From the human T2T-CHM13v2.0 reference genome, Homo sapiens, in the NCBI RefSeq assembly GCF_009914755.1, contig NC_060932.1: DNA of 64,000 nt. One strand, 5' to 3'. Of this stretch, positions 54,267-64,000 are shown one piece after another. Within the stretch, counting starts at the first letter, position 1. Every line of letters starts with the position of its first letter. The notes beneath the pieces were generated by a model. It saw only the letters and a program-made list of their open reading frames with translations. It was not told the DNA's origin and made no database searches. Both the position numbers and the translations under genes were made by a program.

Positions 54267-55234
54267 CTTTTAACAGTTTTGATCACAAAGTATAAAGTGT
54301 TTGCTGAAACACAATTGATTCCCATTAGCTGTCTCACTAGTGTCTGGGGCTTAGGGTTGTTTTACGTTATCCTAGGATCCTGGGAGTTTTCCATACCTGC
54401 AGTCTATGTTTTTGTTGGCTGACTTTCTACGGAGGGGCAGCTATCGTGAATTATTTCAGCATAGTCTGCTTAGGGTTTCCTTAGTATTGATGGGTTTTGT
54501 TTCTTTCTTTTTTTTTTTTTTCCTTTACCTACAACACCTAGACTACCAGTCTTATTGACAGGGTAATAAAGGTAAAGCTCATCAGGAGAGCTATTTCTCC
54601 ATTTTACTATCAGGACAGATAACTTTTTATGAAGAAGGGACTGAATAAGACCAAGCATGGGGTCACAGTTAACCAAAAATCTGTGGACTGAATCTAGTCT
54701 CTGGTTAGGAGCTGCTAGCCCACCATTTGGTTCTTCCATCTCCAAAAGGCTCAGTTTCTCTCTTCCTATAATATTTACCATGCCTCTTATAGTATTCTAG
54801 AGACTCTCTGAGAATACTAGACAGGATGACTGCAATTTGAATTTTTAGAACTATGTCGTTTGTTATGTGGTGTTGTTTACCTGCCTGATTCACTTCATGT
54901 ATACAGAATCTTCTGTTGCTTGGGTGCAACTTGCCACAGCTCTCTATATGACTTCTGTCTGTAGAGCTCTGGACTCCCACTGTTCCAATGGAAAATTTTT
55001 GTTAAAAAACAAACAAATCATCTTACACTGGTAAGATATTTTATCTGAATGTGTAGCAGTTCATTTGTTATTAAAAAAACTGTTTAAATAAAAAAAAACC
55101 CTTCTTACTTGTGAGAAGTTTTCCCTGAATATATAGCCTTTCTGAAAGCTTTCACAATATTACACATTGCTCCTTCCCATACAGCCTCCCACAAAATGTA
55201 GTTATTTAGTGTTATTTAGTCATAGCTTATAGCT

Positions 55235-55380
55235 CATTAGTAGTACAAATTTCTCGTCCTACCACAGACCTATTGTGTAGGAGTTTCCATATATAGAGCC
55301 TGAAAATCTGTTTTTTAAACAAATATCTCTGGTCAGTTTCATGCACACACTATTTTGAAATTCTTTTGAGAACCACTGAC
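55235..55380. mobile_element. MER5-like hAT relic
   Basis: cagacctattg..gagcctgaaaatctgttttttaaacaa..ttgagaaccactg. Confidence 0.55.
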
Positions 55381-56195
55381 TTAGGTTAAGTATCAACCTT
55401 TTTGATCCTCAAATAGGAAAATAAAATTCTAAGATGACTTTTTGGAGTATGCCTGGGCCAGGTAAGAATTTCATACTCCACAACAGATCGTGCAGTAAGT
55501 TCAGCAGAGACATTGCTAAACGATGTCCTGCAACTTCCAGTGAAAAGAGAATGGTGGCTTATTGCTGACACCTCACAGAGACAAAATTCTTTGAGTGGCA
55601 AGTAATCAAGATTTGTCACTGTTTTCATAAAGAACTGTTTTATTTCTCTGTTGTAATCATTTTTTAGTTGAAGCCAAATATTTAATGAAGTGCTTAGGAA
55701 TTTCAAGCACAAGATATGTGCAGCCTCTGGGGAAATCCAACAAGTGGCATTTTTTGTCACCTGGATGTAGATAATACCTCTTTATATCTCTTCTTTCAGG
55801 CAAATCCAGAAAGACTTGGCCTGAGAATTTTATCATCTATATCACATCTGCCATTTGGTGTAGAGCCTAGTAAGAACTAATGCTGCCTCAAAGAAGGCCC
55901 CAAGGATAGGACTACAAACATGTAACTAGTAGGAAACAGAGGAATCTTTTATTAAAATGTTAGAGTGGGATTTAAGCTTATTTTGTGCAATGACAGTGAT
56001 GACCCAAGATACTTCCTATCTTAAGAGTTCAAAAGTATCCTTTCCTGGACATTAGTATCCTAAAAAAGAAACTGAAAAGAAAATAATTCTTAGTATTTTA
56101 GCACACAAAGGAGACTCAGGACTAGTATCATGACTACATTTCCACTAGCTGATAGGTTTTGAAGTGCTATCTTATTCACTTAGAATTACTGAGAG

Positions 56196-56582
56196 GTATG
56201 AACTGAATTCTTTCCCTCTAAAAGTCAGATGTTGAAGCCTTAACCCCGCAGTGTGACTGTTTGGACGTGGGTCTTTAGCAGGCAATTAACTGTAAATAAG
56301 CTCATGAGAGAAGGTCCCTAATCTGATTGGATTGGTGGCCTTATAAGTAGAGGAAAGTATAGAGACGCCTACCTATCTCTGTCTGCTCACAAAGAAGAGG
56401 TCATGTGAGCACACAGTGAGAAGCTGGCTGTCTTCTGCCCAAGGGGATCCCTCACCAGACACCAATCCCATTGGCACCTTCATCTTGGACTTTGAACCTC
56501 TTGAACTGTGAGAAAATAATTTCTGTTGTTTAAGCCATCCAGTCTATGGTATTTTGTTAGGGCAACCAAGCAGACTAAGACA
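56196..56582 (+). mobile_element. MLT1 (A-like) MaLR solo LTR
   Basis: gtccctaatctgattggattggtggccttataag..tggcaccttcatcttggactt..tgtttaagccatccagtctatggtattttgtta..gactaagaca. Confidence 0.85.
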
Positions 56583-58702
56583 CGCAGTAAAAATAAACTG
56601 AATCTGTCATGCACAGAAAAGCAGATCTGTCATTTTATATAGACATTGATCAGGAAAACTAGGGCTCTTCTACTGGAAAATCTTAAATAGTTAAGATGAA
56701 TTTCAGAGATAGGTTCGTTTAAAAACAGCAAGGCAACCCTTTGACTTCTTAGAAGTGTTGTCAAGGAAAATACAAGATTTTTTCCCTCTGTTTCGTTTTT
56801 AGGTTGACAGTAAATTATCATGTTTTCTTCCTTCTTTTTGCTTTGGCAATAATTTTTGTATTCATAAAGAGTACTGAATCAGATGCTAAACAGTTGAGAG
56901 ATTATCACTTAAAAGATTTTCTTAGATTTTGCATGTCCATTGCCCTTGTTCTGGCAGGTAGTGAATAAAGGACTGAAACAGGCTGAAAGGATTTACACTA
57001 GTACTTTTTCATGATGTTTTCAAGGAGGGTGAAAGAAAATAGATGGGAAAAATTTGCATGTCATTTCATACTGATTTGCATAAAACTGCATGACAAAATT
57101 GGACTGAAAGAATTCATATAGTTAGTGAGAGATAATCACCCATGTTTCCTCTAGCTGCGGACAAGCTCTTGGTTTATTTTGCAATCATGTATTTTAAAAT
57201 GCAAGAAGAAGGGACCAAAAAGAGTTTTTGTGGATTTGACCCAAACTGAGACAAATCATCATTTGGGTATCATCCAACACTGTCAAATCTTAGTTTCATT
57301 TGTCATTTACTTAATGTTATAAATGGTTCTTTTTAAAATAAGTTATAATTTTAAAAATGATCAAAATTCCAAAATTTCATGGGATTGATGGAAGCATTTT
57401 TAATTTTTTTTAGTAAGGATTATATGCCAAAGCAGAGACGCCAGCACTGCTTTATCAGTGAATAAAAGAGAAATAATTAATTTTAACCCTGTGTATTATT
57501 GTCTTCAAAATAGCTATTTTCTGGCATATATGTATTACTGAACAACTTTTTGCACTCTGCTTATATTATAATTTACTTTTGATCCCAAGCCCATTTAACT
57601 AAAGCAGTCATTGTTAGGGTTAATCAAACACGTTTGTTAGTATCTTTTGCTCTCAAGGCTGATAATATCAGGTTGGGTATATAAGGGACTTGCATAAATT
57701 TACAAAAACAAATTACTCACTGGCAAGAGAATTTAACTCAGATATAGTTTGCTATTACTGAATTAACAGTGGGCATCAACCAGTGGAGATTAATTTTACC
57801 ATCTGTGAGTCATATGACCTAAGACATTAAAATTTGGAATCTCGTTTGAATCTTAGATGACTGATGATGATGATGATGATGATGACGGTAGATTACATTT
57901 ATTGGCTTCCTGCTGTGTTTCAGGCATTAGGCCATTTTACATGTATTATCAATTCACTTCTCACATTTTATTATTTTGATCAAAGAGCTTAACAATTTGA
58001 AGTTTAGAGTAATTTGCTAAAGGTCTTACTCATGAAACCCAGGACAGAGAATTGACTTCAGGGAATATGACTAAAATCGATTTTATAAAGTACTGCACTA
58101 CATTGTTTCCTTCATGCTGTCAGTTTCCAATTTGCAGATTAGGAAACTGAGGCCCAAATTACTGAACTGATTAAGTAACAACTACTTCATTAAATTGAAT
58201 GGCTATTATTAACACTGGAAACTGACTTCTAAGTTTAGTTTGCTTTTTGTTACCCTAGCTCTCTTTTCAAGTAACCTTTTGGTCCACCATAGCCATTCTT
58301 ATTTTCGGAACATTACGTGTTTAAAAGGACTCCTTAAGGAGTATTTACCACTAGCACAATTTAAAAATGTTGAAAAACCAGAACGTACTGACTGGTGTCA
58401 TCTTCCCAAGAATTCAGTAATAACTTAAGTAAAATCAGGTTTATTTCACATACTGATATATAGTATATTTAGCTTAATTTCCATTTTACTTTTATTCATT
58501 CTTGATATTGCCATATAAGAGGTATAGAAACACTAATATTAAACAAAATATATAATTTTTTATTTTCAAGTATGTTACTTGAAATTAAGAACATAGTATC
58601 ATTCATATATATTGTTTTTTCATATTATGCTATGCTATTTGTCTTCTACATAAAATTGGGCTTTAAGTAAGTCATGAGTCATGGTAATGAATTTTGTTAT
58701 AA

Positions 58703-59108
<406 letters not shown>

Positions 59109-59978
59109 CTAAAAAACATTTATATTAATGGTTTCTCAAAATATTTGTTCCTTTGGAAGAATTGATCGGTATCCATTATCAAAGCCTGCACACATTTTTT
59201 TCTTGACTATTCACCTGATCTGAAAATGCATTGCCCTTAGTTAAATATATATTTTAGAATAAATTATCCTGAGTTACTGATACGTCCCTCACTCATGAGA
59301 ATTAGTAAAATATCAGAGAGGAAAATAAATAAATGAACATCATGCTTTAGCTTTCAGGGAATTCATTAGTCAATATTCCCTCTTTCAAAGGATTTTGAAA
59401 GTATATGCATCTGTTAGATACAAATTTTTAAGACCAGCTTAAAATCGCAGACCTAAGGTTAATTTTAGGTGAATTAAGTCATTGCTGCAGGGGCCCCATA
59501 AATGAAAGCTAACTATCTAAGGTCAATCCTTAAGACTTTTGCAATACTTACTCATTGGTATTCTTGTGCTTACTCTTATAGCTTTTGGTGTGTGCCAGTA
59601 ATCTCTTTGTTGCACATTAGTAGACAAAATGTATTCTTGTAATTTGTGTAGCTGTAATTTGTGTAATTTGTAAGCTGCTTGAGAATATAGGTATTTTTTC
59701 CTATAACTGCTGGATTTCTGTTGCCTGAATTGGTGCCTGATACATACTAATTGATCAATTAAAAATTTGCAAACAAATTCAAGCTAAGTAAATCCTGAAG
59801 GCTCGTAGGGTATCTGGTTTTGATGTGATTTTGAAGACACACACAAAAAAAGAAGTACAAAAGTCAAATGTTAGTATACCTTCCTGAATATTATATTTTA
59901 AAACTATCAGTTCAGCACACTAAGTTCACTTGTGAAAAGGAAATGAATTTCTGAATGCTGTTTGTTTAGAAGATAGAA

Positions 59979-60011
59979 ACAGCTTCTCGGCCTTTTGGCT
60001 AAGATCAAGTG
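59979..60011 (+). pseudogene. 3'-truncated U2 snRNA retro-fragment (U2 nt ~1-33)
   Basis: 59982-60011 GCTTCTCGGCCTTTTGGCTAAGATCAAGTG equals U2 nt 4-33. Flanked by the degenerate direct repeat agaagatagaa / acaagatacaa; no poly(A) tail. Confidence 0.88.
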
Positions 60012-60329
60012 AACAAGATACAAAGTTTGTTGAAGTGGAAACTATGAAATGATTTGTTTGATTACATTTGATCACTTACACTATTGTATATCATACTATC
60101 TTACTTGATTTTTAGTAAAGTATCTTGAGGAATATCCTCTTAATCCTATTTTAAAAATAATTGAGGTTAAGTAGTTTGTTCATAATAACACAGTTAGTAG
60201 GTGGCAAATTCAGGACTGTCTCTAAAGCCTTTCCTCTCTCCTGCCTTATGTATACAAGAAATAAGCTACAAGTGTTATAGATCAGTTTCATGAAATAAGT
60301 CTCTAAGGACAAAGTGTGATTTATTTTAA

Positions 60330-61285
60330 CCTGGCTGCATTTTTAAATTGAAAAGAAATACATAGGTTTCTTGTTATTGTGACTGGAAACACAAAATGCA
60401 TTACATGATATGATGTTTTTCTCACACATCTGAGAAAGCATTGAAGGGTTCTGAGCAAAGTAATGATAGGATAGTTTTGACAGTATTCATCTGAATGACA
60501 GATCAACTCTAGGGTAGAGTCAGGGAGAATAAAGGAGGCTATTGCAATCATCTAGGCAAGAGATGATGAGTGGCTGGATCAGACAAATCTTTGGGCCTTA
60601 TATTTTAGCCTCCTTTGCTAGTTCTTCCTGGTAGCGGTGAAAAGTGGTTGAATTTGGAATGGATTTTGAAAGTAGAGCCAACAGTATTTTCTGAATGATT
60701 GGATGTGTGGAGAGGGAGGGAGGGAGGGAGGGAGGAGAGAAGGAGGGAATAAAGGCAAGGAAAAGAGTGAAAGAAAAGTAAGGACAGAGACACAAAGGTG
60801 ATTCCAGGATTTTTGCCTAAACAACTGGAAAAATTAAGTTACTCTCCTGAGTTAGGGGAGAATGGGACAGAAGCAGGTGCTGGGATAGAAAGGGATATCA
60901 GGAGTTTCGTTTTAGCTGTTATCAGACTTCCAGTATATCAGATTAGATACTAATGTGAGAATCAATATAGACATAATTAAAGCCATGAAACTGGATGACA
61001 ACACCTGGGAAGGCTGAGTAGAGAGAAGAGGCCTAAGCCTGTTGAGCTCTGAGATACTCCAGAGTCTAGAAAGAAGGAAAGGAACAGCCTTCTCCTTCCG
61101 GAGGAGGAGGAGCCAATGAGGTAGACTCATCCTCAAGATTGGGGTCCTGGAAGTCAAGTGAAGAAAATATTAAAGAGAATGAGTGGTCAGATGAAGCAGA
61201 TTTTTCAGGTAGATTAAGGCCAGGAACATTGAGATATGACCATAGGATTTGGTAATGGGGGAGTCCATTGATGACCTTGACAAAA
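60330..61285 (-). mobile_element. L2 fragment
   Basis: ggaggctattgcaatcatctaggcaagagatgatg, ggattttgaaagtagagccaacag and ttgatgaccttgacaa are antisense L2 motifs. Confidence 0.78.
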
Positions 61286-61728
61286 GATTGATCAGAGAAG
61301 ATACTGTTACTGAAAATAAACAGAAGAGATTATAAATCACTCACCTAGAAGACGTCTGAAGTTATTCTCTAAATTTGTGATCTTCAGAGAGGCAAACTAT
61401 TTTGCAGTTGTTACGTAAATTTGGCCATATTATCCTGTACTGTTAAACTCAGATATGTTAGTCAGTGATGTAAATATTGATGTTAATTACTTTAACTGTC
61501 AACATTTAATTAAAGTTTTTACAAAGTTTTACTTGACGTTCCTCCTGTGTTTTGGTAAGTTGTTACTATGTGGTGGAAAGGGCATACATACCTATACAAA
61601 CACTCCTAGGTTTCAGTCCAAACTTCATCAGTTACTAGTTGTGCAATCTTGAACAAGTTAGGTAAATTTTTCTAAGTCTCAGTTTCCTCATTTGGAAGAT
61701 GACAGGTAATAACTACTTTATGTGATTG

Positions 61729-62138
61729 TCAATCAACAGTGGACTGGATTAAAAAAATGTGGTACATATACACCATGGAATAGTACACAGCCATAGAAAA
61801 TGAAATGATGTCCTTTGTAGCAACATGAATGCAGCAAGAGGGCATTATCCTAAGCAAATTAATGCAGTAACAGAAAACCAAGTACCACATCTTAACTTGT
61901 AAGTAGTAGCTAAACATTGAGTACACATGGACAGAGAGGGGAACAGTAGACCCTGGGGCTTACTTGAGGTTGGAGGGTGGGAGGAAAGTGAGGATTGAAA
62001 AACTACCTATCAGGTACTTTACTCACTACCTGGGAGACAAAATCATTTGTACATCAAATTCCGGCGACATGCAATTTCCCATGTAACAAATCTGCACATG
62101 TACCCCCTGAAAAAGTTTGAAGACGAGAAAAAAAAAAG
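61729..62138 (+). mobile_element. Short L1PA-type 3' end (sense), adjacent to a MIR (~61570-61728)
   Basis: aaaatgtggtacatatacaccatggaatag..gggtggagg-like G tract..ctgcacatgtaccccctg plus poly(A). Confidence 0.9.
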
Positions 62139-62923
62139 ATACCTTCAGAAAACTATCTGAAGCATGTGATACAATTATACATCATAAATGATGTAAAAGT
62201 TGAGGCATTGATTTATACTCCAAGGTGTTATTTTTTTTCTCCAGTTTTTTTATATAAATAGAAAATAGGACATTTATTTAAAACAACTGCACAGTCACTG
62301 ATATTCGTAAGAGAGATTATCAGCAGAAATAATCATGGGAATCAATTTAGAAGCCAAATAATCTAGATGGAGATTTGTGTTGGATTTTCTATAATCAACT
62401 GTTATCAACTATATACTACTCAGTAGGGTGAAAACAATTTTAATAATTTTGTTTTGAAAAAATTTAAATGCTATAATGAATTATGTGCATTTATAAAGCT
62501 GACTCCGTATTTTAAAAACTTTGATAATGTGGAAAGGAGTGATTAGACATTTGGTCATTTCTAACTTATTTTAAAGGATGAAAAATCATAAAAATGTTTT
62601 GCTATATTTTGTACTTTTGCAATACCTCTACAGGAATCATATTTTATGTGTGTATGTTTGTGATAAATCCTTTAACAAGTTATATTAAGTTTGCTTTTGA
62701 TACTTAGTTGCCACCTAGAGTTTACAATAGTATCATCAACCAACATTGTCATCTATTTGCATTTAACTAATAATCATTTAAAATAATTGGAACTTAGTAG
62801 AAAGTAATAAAAAATTAGTAAAAATCGAATTAGATTTTTCCATTGTTTATCTTCATGACTTAAAACTACAAAATAATTATGAGGCTTTCTCAGACTGTAA
62901 TTTCTGTTTGTCTTCTTTTATAG

Positions 62924-62987
62924 AGCTACATTCATGGGAGCAGCCAGGCTCAGTTTGTGGCAGAATCACACATTATTCTGGTACTGA
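62924..62987 (+). CDS. TUSC3: TUSC3 internal coding exon (64 nt; probably exon 7)
   Basis: Pyrimidine tract tttctgtttgtcttcttttaTAG ends at 62923. Translates SYIHGSSQAQFVAESHIILVL plus 1 nt, continuing in frame from the 5991-6080 exon. Confidence 0.96.
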
Positions 62988-62997
62988 GTATCCTTTT
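62988..62997 (+). other. U12-type (minor spliceosome) 5' splice site
   Basis: A|GTATCCTTTT directly after the coding exon matches the U12 consensus RTATCCTTT. The branch point and 3' end lie outside the window. Confidence 0.9.
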
Positions 62998-64000
62998 AAG
63001 ATACCGACGAATTGAAAAGGGCAAACTAAAGCTACATGTTTTTAAATTGACATTTTTCCTGGCAGTAAATATCAAGACTTTTAAGAGACATTAAATTTTA
63101 GGCTGTACTATATGACTAATTTTTATTTTTTATGCTAATTATTTCCTATTACGGTATAATTTGTTGCTATTCCGTATCATTAACAGATCATAATTTTTTT
63201 TTACTGAGTGTTGAATTTCAGAGTATTACTTTTACTCTACATTGATGATCTCTGGCTAGATTTTTTCAAGTGTATATGGCTTTTCCGTATAGCATCCTAA
63301 TGGCAAGAAAAAAGTGCCTTATGATATAAATAGCAGCTTAAAAAAGGTATTTTCGTACTGCTCCCCTTAAATATATGGTATGTCAGAAGAAGGAGATTTA
63401 GAGTGGTTCAACATGCCTTTTTGGAACATATCAGAGTGAGTCAGACTAAGTGTTGTGAATCAGATCATACAATGTAATTTATGATTTGGAGTTAGAAGGA
63501 TGAAGAATGTAACAGGATAAAAAATAGTAGCAGGGTAAGAAAAAGGTAAGGTTAAGCATCTAATGTGAATATTCTTAGAATGAAATAAAATTAGTTTGGA
63601 CACTGTTTTGGGGGAACATTGATTCTCATTATGAGAATGTAACGTGTGCCTCTAGTATCCTTTATAAAATTTGATTACTAATATCCTGGTTACTAAGATT
63701 CATATTCAAATGTGTAGTCTAGACCAAATTGTCCAGTACTGTATATAACCAAAGGTGTAAATCTTTAACTATCTTTGAATTCATCTAGGCCAAACCTCAT
63801 TTTATATGTAGGAAAACTAGAGCCCACAAAGGGCTTATGTTAGGGAAGCCCACTTGAGCTAGAATTAGAATTCAGTTGTCTTTTTCATGGTCTATCCTGT
63901 GTTCAAGTACTTCAGTTTTATGTACAATACTTTATTATGGTGTGTGACATATCATTTCACCAATGAATGTTAGTCATGCCTATTATTTTTAATCTGGAGG

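Noticed and set aside
55775-55800. Strong-looking acceptor ctttatatctcttctttcAG
   Set aside because: No convincing downstream donor and no TUSC3-like coding sequence.
57051-57065. aatttgcatgtcat resembling antisense U6
   Set aside because: Only ~14 nt with a mismatch and no extension.
62095-62138. Sense L1 3' end appears to have lost its AATAAA near the exon, suggesting selection against premature polyadenylation
   Set aside because: The antisense L1 end at ~20700 has lost the same signal, so neutral slippage explains it.

Overview
This window is primate (human-like) genomic DNA lying entirely inside the TUSC3 gene on the + strand (OST3/OST6-family oligosaccharyltransferase subunit, paralogue of MAGT1). 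Only two short coding exons are present: 5991-6080 ([30 protein letters not shown]) and 62924-62987 (SYIHGSSQAQFVAESHIILVL). They are separated by a ~56.8 kb major-class intron, and the second exon is followed by a minor-spliceosome (U12-type, GTATCCTTT) donor. The rest is intronic and repeat-rich: two large antisense L1s, a CLTA processed pseudogene nested in one of them with a target-site duplication (TSD), a sense THE1 LTR with truncated internal region, other MaLR LTRs, Alus, L2/MIR relics, MER20/MER44 DNA transposons, microsatellites and a tailless U2 snRNA 5' fragment. None of the supplied ORFs is a credible independent gene. I found no evidence of a new multi-gene system. The best leads are a UG-repeat-flanked candidate poison exon (TDP-43-type architecture), a perfect 37-bp template-switch palindrome with a nearby templated 52-bp insertion, a perfect 57-bp duplication around a synthetic-looking filler, and the intact sense THE1 promoter/splice-donor module. 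Repeat boundaries and subfamily calls were made by eye from remembered consensus sequences and are approximate.
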